Of a DNA stretch of 24,780 bases, positions 1-7,587 are shown one piece after another; position 1 is the stretch's first letter, and every line of letters begins with the position of its first letter. Below the pieces are notes generated by a model. The model worked only from the letters and a program-made list of their open reading frames with translations, ran no database searches and was not told the DNA's origin. This DNA comes from a virus. The stretch spans positions 1-24,780 of IMG/VR virus record IMGVR_UViG_3300037067_004563; one strand, written 5' to 3'. Made by a program: the position numbers and the translations under genes.

Positions 1-326
1 CTATCATAAACCAACTTAGACCCCCACAAGAATTTATGAATACAACCAATAAACAAGGAGCTTGGTTCATGACAGTGAATTACATTTGCATTATAGCACA
101 GACTACTTGCAAGAGCCATGGCACAGTTAGGTATATGATCTTTCATAGATATTTTCCCATCAAAGCCCCTTATTAACACGCCGTTATTATCTACATCCCC
201 ACAATTGCAAGATTTATCTATTGCTATAACTGTTACATTATGCTCTTTTGATAGTGTAACAGCCTCTTTATAATAAATCCTATGATCATGCACACCGTGC
301 ACGGTAGATAACATTAACACTCTCAT
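1..326 (-). CDS. GT4-family glycosyltransferase, N-terminal domain (truncated by window edge; not in ORF track)
   Basis: Manual translation: MRVLMLSTVHGVHDHRIYYKEAVTLSKEHNVTVIA...ANVIHCHEPSSLFIG...GSKLVYD. Shows GT-B N-terminal motifs (D-x-RI..KEA..L, VIHCHEP, KLVYD). ATG overlaps the TGA of the upstream gene (ATGA). Confidence 0.8.
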   Translation of the reverse strand, partial: MRVLMLSTVHGVHDHRIYYKEAVTLSKEHNVTVIAIDKSCNCGDVDNNGVLIRGFDGKISMKDHIPNCAMALASSLCYNANVIHCHEPSSLFIGCIHKFLWGSKLVYD

Positions 327-649
327 AATTTAGCCTCCAGATCATCTAATCTTTTATTCAACCTCTCAAACTCCGTTTTTATAGGACTGTTATGTTTCCA
401 TGCCTGCTTATTCGAGTATTGAGACAGTGAAGGGTATATTATAGAATAGTAAGCAGTCCACCATGCAAGGGCACAACATACAACTATACACATTCCAAGA
501 TAAAAGGGGATGATCCCTCTTAAAAACCTATCATAGAGCAGCGTCCAAACACCAATAAAATTAAAAATATTAACGATAAACATAGACTGTGTTATCACCT
601 GGATAACTCCACCTATCTGCCCTTTATCAATATGAATTTGTTTTATCAT
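323..649 (-). CDS. Small membrane protein (2 TM helices plus C-terminal coiled coil)
   Basis: Two hydrophobic segments, tail TEFERLNKRLDDLEAKL; GGTGGTATAAG upstream at 654-662. Confidence 0.75.
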   Translation of the reverse strand: MIKQIHIDKGQIGGVIQVITQSMFIVNIFNFIGVWTLLYDRFLRGIIPFYLGMCIVVCCALAWWTAYYSIIYPSLSQYSNKQAWKHNSPIKTEFERLNKRLDDLEAKL

Positions 650-773
650 TTCTTATACCACCTAATAACCTTATTATATATGTTCTTAATAGTATTTAAA
701 ACATGCTAAAAAAGCGTATTTTGAAAACGTATATATGGATACAAGTAATAGTATAGTTTGGAGATGAAAACAA

Positions 774-1043
774 ATGGTAGGAGAAACAACAGCTAGAAAG
801 AATCCTCAGAGCATGAGAGAACTCGAAGAAGAATTTCACAAGAGACTGCTGGAAGCAAAACAGAAGAAAGTAGACCTTGGAAAACAAATGCTTGAGCTTG
901 AGAAAATGTACTCTGCTGCTGAGGCAGAAGAAGACACATGGGATTCTGCTCTTTATTCGCTTCAAAATGTTGGCGTGTCCTCTGGACCTAAAAGCAGAAG
1001 AAGAAACGGTAAGAGTAATGAAGAAGAGGAAGGAGAGGATTAA
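774..1043 (+). CDS. Hypothetical coiled-coil protein with acidic/basic tail
   Basis: 89 aa, helical charged composition, GGAGATG SD-like site upstream. It is the only plus-strand gene in the left arm and is convergent with 1053..1199. Confidence 0.65.
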   Translation: MVGETTARKNPQSMRELEEEFHKRLLEAKQKKVDLGKQMLELEKMYSAAEAEEDTWDSALYSLQNVGVSSGPKSRRRNGKSNEEEEGED

Positions 1044-1052
1044 ACCTCTCTA

Positions 1053-1199
1053 TTACTTTCTTGTTTTAACTTTCCTGTTTGCAGCCTCAAAAGCTGCTTC
1101 TCTTTCTGCAATATCTTCTGCAGGAGGAATGTAAACATATCTTTTTGCTGTATGACTGTACGAATAATATTCTAATCCTGTTCTTGTTTCAGTTTCCAT
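1053..1199 (-). CDS. Hypothetical 48-aa protein (not in ORF track)
   Basis: METETRTGLEYYSYSHTAKRYVYIPPAEDIAEREAAFEAANRKVKTRK; AGGTGGTATAAATG initiation motif. Confidence 0.65.
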   Translation of the reverse strand: METETRTGLEYYSYSHTAKRYVYIPPAEDIAEREAAFEAANRKVKTRK

Positions 1200-1208
1200 T
1201 TATACCAC

Positions 1209-1571
1209 CTATTCTTTGAAATTTGGACATTTGGCTATCTTTATCTTTGAGAGCTTCGACAATGTAAAAACACACGTAGAGGTTATGACTGCTGTAGATA
1301 CTCCAACACCTACTAAAATTAGTGTATTATAAGTAGTAGGTTCAGAATCCAAGATAGTAGGCAACTCAAAAATTAATTCAACTGCAATACACGTTATAAT
1401 ACCTAGTATCATTGCACAAGTAGTAGATATACACAAAAAGCACACTATAGCAAGTATACCACAAGCTAATAGAGCAATTCCTGTTATTAAGTCAGTTGCT
1501 AAGACTCTGCACACATCTCCTAGTGTAATCTCTTTCTTATGCACAAACTTACATAGAAATTTATCTAGCAT
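1209..1571 (-). CDS. Membrane protein (about 3 TM)
   Basis: Long hydrophobic stretches; GGTGGTATAAATG start. Confidence 0.75.
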   Translation of the reverse strand: MLDKFLCKFVHKKEITLGDVCRVLATDLITGIALLACGILAIVCFLCISTTCAMILGIITCIAVELIFELPTILDSEPTTYNTLILVGVGVSTAVITSTCVFTLSKLSKIKIAKCPNFKE

Positions 1572-1590
1572 TTATACCACCAAACTTTAA

Positions 1591-1725
1591 TTATAAAAAA
1601 ATCGCTCCCATGATTAAACCGATTATAAAACACTCAGCATAATTAAAGAAGATATTTTTATAATCTTTAAACGACAGTAAAGAGCCATTCTTTGTGGGCA
1701 TTACTCCCAAATCGTTTGTTTCCAT
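1591..1725 (-). CDS. Hypothetical 44-aa protein with C-terminal hydrophobic helix (not in ORF track)
   Basis: METNDLGVMPTKNGSLLSFKDYKNIFFNYAECFIIGLIMGAIFL; AGGTGGTATAAATG start. Confidence 0.65.
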   Translation of the reverse strand: METNDLGVMPTKNGSLLSFKDYKNIFFNYAECFIIGLIMGAIFL

Positions 1726-1735
1726 TTATACCACC

Positions 1736-2053
1736 TTATACAGTTACTTTTATTAATGAGTTGTCAAACATTGCTGGAGCCCTGTGCAATTCTTTGTGGC
1801 ACTCTACACAGACAGGTATTATGTTTGCAATGTCGTTATTATGGAATATTCCTATTGGCTCTATATGGTGTAGAGTAAGTGAAACGTCTTTTCTTGACTG
1901 ACCACAAACAGCACAGCAATCACCATGAGCAGCATAAACAAGATCCCTGTGGGTCATAAAACCATTAAAAGCACCCTTACGACCTTGGGATTTTTTGCCC
2001 ATTGGCAACTTATCATTAGCAGGACGGTTATTAATGTAATTTATGTAGTGCAT
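1736..2053 (-). CDS. HNH endonuclease (start uncertain, may extend to 2134)
   Basis: CAVCG...LTLHHIEP...NNDIANIIPVCVECHKELH matches the zinc-binding HNH signature. Confidence 0.85.
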   Translation of the reverse strand: MHYINYINNRPANDKLPMGKKSQGRKGAFNGFMTHRDLVYAAHGDCCAVCGQSRKDVSLTLHHIEPIGIFHNNDIANIIPVCVECHKELHRAPAMFDNSLIKVTV

Positions 2054-2227
2054 ATGAACTTTATTTTTGCTCTTTCCTGCGTTCCATGCTTTTAGGAAAG
2101 CTTTAGATTCTTGCCAGGTTATTTGTTGTGTCGTTTCTTAATCCCCCTCATTTCCTATACAAAGTAATTCTTTTCAATGTATATAAAATCTTCGGAGGTA
2201 GAAAGAAAAGGTGTGTTTCCACACCTA

Positions 2228-2755
2228 TTAAATATTACAAATCTCACCCTCTGCGTAACCCTCGCAAGACTCATAATACTCATAATACTCATTTTTCTTT
2301 TCTTCTTCTGTCATAAGTGCTACTACAAATTCTTTCAATTTATCATCGTTTTCATCCCACCCTATAAGTTCCTGTAAATCCCAGTTTGAAAGATCAGACC
2401 AACTAAAATCTTCACCCTCAAAATACTTAGATATAGCCCTTTCAGTAGTTATTTTCTGTATGTAACTTCTTACTTTACTTACTCTCTCAGCTTCAAAAAT
2501 ATCTAGTATATCAAATGCATCTAAACCTCGCATAGCATTTGCTACTGAGCATGCTTCACAGCCATAATCAACTTCTACATCTCTAATAGCTGAGTCTAAA
2601 GATTTATAGCACATGCACATAACGACTTTTCCACAGTCACTACAAATAAACCTGTGCCTAAATACATTTTTGCATGTATCCCAATAAATTTTTGAATCTT
2701 CTATGTCTGTAAGCTCCCCATCTTCGTCATAATACTTTTTAACTTTCTGTAACAT
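2228..2755 (-). CDS. Hypothetical protein with Cys motifs (CSDCG, CMC, CEAC) and acidic C-terminus
   Basis: 175-aa ORF, AGGTGGTG SD, co-oriented in operon. Confidence 0.7.
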   Translation of the reverse strand: MLQKVKKYYDEDGELTDIEDSKIYWDTCKNVFRHRFICSDCGKVVMCMCYKSLDSAIRDVEVDYGCEACSVANAMRGLDAFDILDIFEAERVSKVRSYIQKITTERAISKYFEGEDFSWSDLSNWDLQELIGWDENDDKLKEFVVALMTEEEKKNEYYEYYESCEGYAEGEICNI

Positions 2756-2772
2756 GTTTTCACCACCTATAA

Positions 2773-3027
2773 TTAAACGCTTACCATCTCAAGCACTTTG
2801 TTTTCAAGAAGTTCAGTACTCTTAAAAATCTGCTCAACTGTATAGAAACAGTCATCCACCTGAAGCACAGGAGCGTTATTCGTGAAGACCTGGTTAAACC
2901 TGAGCTCTGCAAGATTTTCAGCTTCCTGCATGTCAAGAGATTCAAATGCTATACCATGAGCTTTGAAAAACTTTTTAAGTTTATTGCACTTCGGGCAAAC
3001 TTCTGTAGAATATACATTTACTATCAT
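2773..3027 (-). CDS. nrdH: NrdH/glutaredoxin-like redoxin (Methanosarcina NrdH type)
   Basis: VYST..CPKC active site, LAELRFNQVFTNNAPVLQVDD (cis-Pro loop), thioredoxin-fold size of 84 aa; a class III RNR is encoded in the same arm. Confidence 0.8.
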   Translation of the reverse strand: MIVNVYSTEVCPKCNKLKKFFKAHGIAFESLDMQEAENLAELRFNQVFTNNAPVLQVDDCFYTVEQIFKSTELLENKVLEMVSV

Positions 3028-3162
3028 TTAATCCACCTCACCAGTGTAAATAGCTTCTTCTAGCTTATAAAACACATAATCAATATCAGACTCAAACTCT
3101 AAGTAAGCTTTTGCAGCAGCTATAAGATTTTCCCACGCAGTATTTTTGTTCTCGTTTATCAT
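3028..3162 (-). CDS. Hypothetical 44-aa protein (not in ORF track)
   Basis: MINENKNTAWENLIAAAKAYLEFESDIDYVFYKLEEAIYTGEVD; GAGGTG SD; TAA directly abuts the nrdH ATG. Confidence 0.65.
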   Translation of the reverse strand: MINENKNTAWENLIAAAKAYLEFESDIDYVFYKLEEAIYTGEVD

Positions 3163-3175
3163 TTCAAACACCTCT

Positions 3176-3337
3176 TTACTCGTCATACCCCTGTATAATC
3201 AATAATCCAATATCCCTATCAACATTGCCGCTTGAGGCAACCTCAGCCGACATAACACCATTAACAGACATGCAGGTAAATCCTGCAGTCGTTTCAAATT
3301 GCAATAGATCACCGTAAGGACTTACCTGCTGTATCAC
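3176..3337 (-). CDS. Hypothetical 53-aa protein, GTG start (not in ORF track)
   Basis: MIQQVSPYGDLLQFETTAGFTCMSVNGVMSAEVASSGNVDRDIGLLIIQGYDE; AGGTGAT SD; fills the operon gap. Confidence 0.55.
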   Translation of the reverse strand: MIQQVSPYGDLLQFETTAGFTCMSVNGVMSAEVASSGNVDRDIGLLIIQGYDE

Positions 3338-3339
3338 TT

Positions 3340-3522
3340 TTAATCACCTTTTCTATAACTACTGTAAGTAATAGTCACTTCACTTTCGAACGCGAATACC
3401 TTTTCACAGTGGTGACATTGAAACTCATCATCACTCTCACCACATTCCCAACTGTCTAAATGTTCATATCCACAGTATGGGCAAACAATAACCATTGTGT
3501 TTTTACAGTCAATTCTAGACAT
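3340..3522 (-). CDS. Small zinc-ribbon protein
   Basis: CPYCG...CHHC pair; TAAATG coupling to the upstream ORF. Confidence 0.75.
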   Translation of the reverse strand: MSRIDCKNTMVIVCPYCGYEHLDSWECGESDDEFQCHHCEKVFAFESEVTITYSSYRKGD

Positions 3523-3696
3523 TTATTCCAACCTCCTGATAGCGTCTTCAAGTTCACTTATCTCCTTTTCCCACCTTTCAACACAAGATTTGTCATCATC
3601 TTTGTAGCACCTTTCAGATTCAGAATCTGCAACCCACTCAACATTTGATTTAAGAAGATCAAGCTCCTCTCTAAGAATTTTTATAGCATATGACAT
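3523..3696 (-). CDS. Hypothetical 57-aa helical protein (not in ORF track)
   Basis: MSYAIKILREELDLLKSNVEWVADSESERCYKDDDKSCVERWEKEISELEDAIRRLE; TAAATG junctions at both ends. Confidence 0.65.
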   Translation of the reverse strand: MSYAIKILREELDLLKSNVEWVADSESERCYKDDDKSCVERWEKEISELEDAIRRLE

Positions 3697-3816
3697 TTAA
3701 TCCTTCCTGAAAACTTCTTCTTTAATTTTATCTGCTCCGTTAACGTTCCCATTCATAAGCTGTTCATAATACCCTGTGAGTGACAGGCTAAAAATTTTCT
3801 CATCCATCATTGCCAT
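3697..3816 (-). CDS. Hypothetical 39-aa protein (not in ORF track)
   Basis: MAMMDEKIFSLSLTGYYEQLMNGNVNGADKIKEEVFRKD; GGTGGTATAA upstream at 3821-3829. Confidence 0.6.
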   Translation of the reverse strand: MAMMDEKIFSLSLTGYYEQLMNGNVNGADKIKEEVFRKD

Positions 3817-3874
3817 TGTTTATACCACCGTCTTAATTTCTATACTCTACCTACAACTTAATACTATTTAACAG

Positions 3875-4033
3875 TTATGCTATACAAAGTAATTTAATCC
3901 GTTTCCCACATCTCACACAGTAAGCACAAGTGCCTCTATAGTTCCTAAAAACGTCAATACGCCTGTTAAAGCGTGTGAGTGTAAATTCAGTACACCCACA
4001 ATTACATACAATAGGTTTATGCTCTGCCTTCAC
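3875..4033 (-). CDS. Small Cys-rich zinc-ribbon protein, GTG start (not in ORF track)
   Basis: MKAEHKPIVCNCGCTEF...CAYCVRCGKRIKLLCIA; GTGA overlap with the helicase stop. Confidence 0.65.
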   Translation of the reverse strand: MKAEHKPIVCNCGCTEFTLTRFNRRIDVFRNYRGTCAYCVRCGKRIKLLCIA

Positions 4034-5640
4034 ACAATCGCCTCAATAAACCAACTTCTAAAATACTCTCTGTGTTTTCTGTAAAACGCTGTCCATTCCG
4101 GTTCTGTGATTATCGTATTTGTTATTTTTTTATCGTTTCGGTTTACTCTTCCATACTGCTGCATTACCTCATTAGCAGCTTCTACATATTCCCATTCTTT
4201 ACCCTGATACTTCCATTTTGCACGGGTTAAGTGGTCTGTAGGATTCTGCCGCTTAACATATGTAATTACATTATTTAGTATGTCAGCTTCGGGTAAATCA
4301 ATACCGCGCCCCATATTCACAGCAATAAGTATCTGTGTTTTATTCCTTGCTCTTTTAAATCTGTCTATTGCGTCACCGCGTAATACTGCACCCTCAATAC
4401 TTGCCATAGTACTTTCTCTCGATTGCACAATAGGCTTTATCTTGCCGTGACTTACTCTATATATTTCAGATCCTAGTCTTTCAGCAATTGAGTAAGAGGG
4501 CACATGCACAATAGTCTTGCCTGGCAGAAGAGTATCTGAAGGTTCACTAAGCATTTTTGCTAGTTTAGGTATTGTCTCATCTCTGTTTTTCATTGTTAAG
4601 GACCCCACAGGAACAAACTTAAAAGGTCTTACTTCCTTTGGAAACGGACTTTTAACCTCTATGAACTCCCACCCTTCAAGCTTTTGAGGGGTTGCGCTCA
4701 TTAATACTACTATTCTGTTTTCTGTGTCAAGTGCTTCATCAAGGAACCTTTCAATTGAAACAGGCTCAAAAGGTGTTGTTTTGCCGTTATCATCTGACAC
4801 AATATATTTATTTCCTTCTTTTATATCGGTAAGTAATCTTTCTATTCTATCAATCTTATCGGTAAGTCCTCTTCTATGTCTTATGTTTTCAAGTGTTTTA
4901 TCAAGACTTTCAAGCTCATAGGTATAAGCTTCTTTTTTATCCTGCAGGCACATTTCATAATCTGCAAAGTTATCAAAATGCCAGTAGTCGTCTATCACAA
5001 GTTTCCTGAACATTCTAATAAATGGTTCCATGTAGTCGCACTCGTCCACAATAACCACTTCAGGAGAGTTTGTTACACCCATTTGCAATAAAGTGAAATT
5101 ACTGTTACCTATCATGTTTTTCTTGAAAGCTCCAAACGCTTGTTTATAACTGCAATACTTACAAGGACAGGCTTCAGCGTCAGGTCTACTGCAATTATCA
5201 CATTCGCGTTCGTCAAACATTTTTAATTTGCTTCTTGAATCCATTGCCTCTTTATAACTCATTGTGCATATGCCTGCTGCACAAAAGCCACTATCACAAG
5301 AAACCTTTTCACCTTTTATACTTCTCATTGCAGCACACTCATAATGCTTTTTTCCAGTGAGAGATAAAAGAGGAAATTTATGGTCTCCTTCAAACTCTTT
5401 GTACTGATCCACAAGAGTATTGAGAGGCGATGTTATCAAAGTAGGCAACCCTTTTGAGGCTGCCAGGTTAGCGATACCTTTTGCAATACCGGACTTTCCG
5501 GCACCAGTGGGAGCACAAATAATAAATTTACGCTTTCCCTCAGACAACTTTTGCTCAAACCATTCTAAAACCTCGATCTGTTGAGGTCTTGGAGTGTTTA
5601 TTTTTGCTGTCTGTGGGAAATAGTTTAAGATAGTCATCAT
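4030..5640 (-). CDS. SF2 helicase, DinG/XPD (Rad3)-like with Cys-rich insert
   Basis: Q-motif PRPQQ, Walker A APTGAGKS, DECD, MSATP, VHVPSY, GRGIDLP, QQYGRVNR; Cys cluster after motif Ia as in Fe-S helicases. Confidence 0.85.
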   Translation of the reverse strand: MMTILNYFPQTAKINTPRPQQIEVLEWFEQKLSEGKRKFIICAPTGAGKSGIAKGIANLAASKGLPTLITSPLNTLVDQYKEFEGDHKFPLLSLTGKKHYECAAMRSIKGEKVSCDSGFCAAGICTMSYKEAMDSRSKLKMFDERECDNCSRPDAEACPCKYCSYKQAFGAFKKNMIGNSNFTLLQMGVTNSPEVVIVDECDYMEPFIRMFRKLVIDDYWHFDNFADYEMCLQDKKEAYTYELESLDKTLENIRHRRGLTDKIDRIERLLTDIKEGNKYIVSDDNGKTTPFEPVSIERFLDEALDTENRIVVLMSATPQKLEGWEFIEVKSPFPKEVRPFKFVPVGSLTMKNRDETIPKLAKMLSEPSDTLLPGKTIVHVPSYSIAERLGSEIYRVSHGKIKPIVQSRESTMASIEGAVLRGDAIDRFKRARNKTQILIAVNMGRGIDLPEADILNNVITYVKRQNPTDHLTRAKWKYQGKEWEYVEAANEVMQQYGRVNRNDKKITNTIITEPEWTAFYRKHREYFRSWFIEAIV

Positions 5641-5819
5641 CGCATCTCGGAGAATAGTTCCTCATACTTTTTGTACTCTTCAGTCATACGCTCTAAATCA
5701 TTTTTAGCATCAAATAGTGCATTTTTATCTTTCTGTGTGCAAAAGCCTCTGCACTTTTCCTCAAGTGCAAAGATAGCTTTTTCCTTCTGTCTAATATCTC
5801 TCTGTCTAACAAAGCCCAT
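5637..5819 (-). CDS. Hypothetical 60-aa charged protein
   Basis: GGTGGTATAAATG start; ATGA overlap with the helicase. Confidence 0.7.
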   Translation of the reverse strand: MGFVRQRDIRQKEKAIFALEEKCRGFCTQKDKNALFDAKNDLERMTEEYKKYEELFSEMR

Positions 5820-6026
5820 TTATACCACCAGTTCATAATGTTTTATAACATAAATTAAGAATAATAGATTAGTTACAGTGATTGAGTAAGTTATACTTAT
5901 TAATAATAATGTTTGAAGTGTGTATCCGTTCATTAGAACGCTTATTAGTGCGTAAACTTCTATAGGAAATTCAAATAAAACTATCAAATAAAAAGATAGT
6001 TTTACACACGCTTCTACAATTGTCAT
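5820..6026 (-). CDS. Small membrane protein (2 TM)
   Basis: Hydrophobic; GGTGGTATTATG start; ends GTG GTA TAA in the next gene's SD. Confidence 0.7.
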   Translation of the reverse strand: MTIVEACVKLSFYLIVLFEFPIEVYALISVLMNGYTLQTLLLISITYSITVTNLLFLIYVIKHYELVV

Positions 6027-6038
6027 AATACCACCAAC

Positions 6039-6371
6039 TCACACTTCATCAATCTTAAGCCATTTTGCAAGATTTTCAAACACATTTATTTTTTTTAATA
6101 AAATCCATACTATTCCAATTAATGTATAGATTGCCCATATGTAGAATCTAGTATGGTCAACAAAATCTACACCGCCATATATAAACTGTGTATTGAACAT
6201 TGTTAACATAAATATACCACAGTAAAACAACATAGGTACTAGAATATCAGCTACATGGTAAACAAAATAACCTACATACCTAAGCACTCTAATAATACCT
6301 CTGCCAACAAGGTTATCAATTTCGGCATCTGATACTTTAACACTTGTAATTATACTTTCTTCCGTTTCCAT
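6039..6371 (-). CDS. Membrane protein (2 TM)
   Basis: Two hydrophobic helices; GGTGGTATAAATG start. Confidence 0.75.
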   Translation of the reverse strand: METEESIITSVKVSDAEIDNLVGRGIIRVLRYVGYFVYHVADILVPMLFYCGIFMLTMFNTQFIYGGVDFVDHTRFYIWAIYTLIGIVWILLKKINVFENLAKWLKIDEV

Positions 6372-6389
6372 TTATACCACCACCAAAAT

Positions 6390-6626
6390 TTAATAATCAC
6401 ATGTAACAAAATCGAAATCGTCTTCTTCATCTGCAACTTTCAGCATACAAGGCTCAGGAAGTTCTTTATACTGCTTGACCAGCCATGCTACAGGAATTAA
6501 TGTTACCAGTGCAAGAATTACAGGCATGTTGCATAGGTATAGTACTGTTTCAACTGCAATACCAACAAGCGTAACACCTATAATTATATTAGGAATATTT
6601 TCTCTAGTCAGTTTATCGTTTATCAT
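6390..6626 (-). CDS. Small membrane protein (2 TM, acidic tail); start revised to ATG 6626
   Basis: MINDKLTRENIPNIIIGVTLVGIAV...; the track's GTG at 6671 lies inside the upstream Cys-rich ORF. Confidence 0.65.
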   Translation of the reverse strand: MINDKLTRENIPNIIIGVTLVGIAVETVLYLCNMPVILALVTLIPVAWLVKQYKELPEPCMLKVADEEDDFDFVTCDY

Positions 6627-6630
6627 ACTC

Positions 6631-6756
6631 TTACCGTTTATCATACTCTCCACACTCCTTATACTTTCCACTTACAATAGATCCATATCCGTGTATTTCA
6701 CAAGTACAAACACTTCTATCATACTTCTTACATGTTGAACAGTCTTTCCAGGTCAT
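6631..6756 (-). CDS. 41-aa Cys-rich protein (not in ORF track)
   Basis: MTWKDCSTCKKYDRSVCTCEIHGYGSIVSGKYKECGEYDKR; ATGA overlap with the MazG stop. Confidence 0.65.
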   Translation of the reverse strand: MTWKDCSTCKKYDRSVCTCEIHGYGSIVSGKYKECGEYDKR

Positions 6757-7025
6757 TCTTCCTCCTCATAACCAACTAATTCAGCTAGTCTATCAAGCTT
6801 AAAAGCTCTCCAGCCTTCTACTCTTTCACCCTTATTAAAAAGCAGCTTCATCTGCTCAAGCATTATTTCACAGTCTGCTATTTCCTCACACACATTATTC
6901 GGCTTGCCTCTTTTGTACTTGCAGAGTGCCTGGATAAGTTCAGAGCACTCTTCAATACACATGTCAATTTGACTTTCTGCCCCGTTTACACGTAGGACTT
7001 CTTTATACAGGTCTTGATCTGCCAT
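6753..7025 (-). CDS. mazG: MazG-like nucleoside-triphosphate pyrophosphohydrolase
   Basis: EECSELIQA...EEIADCEIML matches the EExxE...EExxD all-alpha NTP-PPase signature. Confidence 0.85.
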   Translation of the reverse strand: MADQDLYKEVLRVNGAESQIDMCIEECSELIQALCKYKRGKPNNVCEEIADCEIMLEQMKLLFNKGERVEGWRAFKLDRLAELVGYEEEE

Positions 7026-7026
7026 T

Positions 7027-7164
7027 TTATCCCTGCTTACCTACACTGCAGGTATTAGTGTATAATACCCTTTTGTTAAAAAACTCAGACTTTGCCTCTC
7101 TGCATACGAAAACAACACCTTCAGAACACCTAAAAGCTTTTCTACAATTTGCGCATGTACACAT
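7027..7164 (-). CDS. 45-aa Cys-rich protein (not in ORF track)
   Basis: MCTCANCRKAFRCSEGVVFVCREAKSEFFNKRVLYTNTCSVGKQG; GAGGTGGTATAAAATG start. Confidence 0.6.
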   Translation of the reverse strand: MCTCANCRKAFRCSEGVVFVCREAKSEFFNKRVLYTNTCSVGKQG

Positions 7165-7255
7165 TTTATACCACCTCAAATCTTTTCTGTACTTAAATTC
7201 CTGGCATTTCAGTCCTACATTTCTTGCATTTTATGTCAATTCTCATAAGAAATAA

Positions 7256-7429
7256 TTAATTTTTTATAACAATGTTGTCAAGCTTGGTTAAAAACTCTAC
7301 TAAGAAAGTATAATCCGTGTTGGTGTCTGGAGTTTCTATGTAAGTCTTTCTTAGTGTTCTTCTCAATTTTGCCATGTCACTCTCTGTAAGTCCACTGATA
7401 CAGTAAGTTTTAATTTTAGTAAAGTCCAT
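7256..7429 (-). CDS. Hypothetical 57-aa protein (not in ORF track)
   Basis: MDFTKIKTYCISGLTESDMAKLRRTLRK...; perfect AGGTGATATAAATG SD, first gene after a TATA box. Confidence 0.7.
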   Translation of the reverse strand: MDFTKIKTYCISGLTESDMAKLRRTLRKTYIETPDTNTDYTFLVEFLTKLDNIVIKN

Positions 7430-7479
7430 TTATATCACCTCATTTAGCTTAACTTACATTCTTACCTATGTGTTGTATC

Positions 7480-7493
7480 TATATAAACTTTTT
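7480..7493 (-). promoter_or_regulatory. Archaeal BRE/TATA promoter (AAAAAG TTTATATA)
   Basis: Consensus TTTATATA with A-rich BRE about 50 nt upstream of the 7429 start. A second TTTATATA lies at 7553-7560. Confidence 0.65.
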
Positions 7494-7505
7494 GTCTGAG
7501 ACTTA

Positions 7506-7534
7506 AACAGACTAAAAATTTATTTTAGTCTGTT
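7506..7534. repeat. 12-bp perfect inverted repeat AACAGACTAAAA-N5-TTTTAGTCTGTT (operator or terminator)
   Basis: Read directly; lies between the nrdD stop and the next promoter. Confidence 0.8.
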
Positions 7535-7587
7535 ATTCATAATGAAAGGGTCTATATAAAGAACCGTTCATTACAAACGAAGGCTAT

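Noticed and set aside
323-649. Holin assignment for the 2-TM protein
   Set aside because: Topology fits, but no endolysin or late-gene context is visible in the window.
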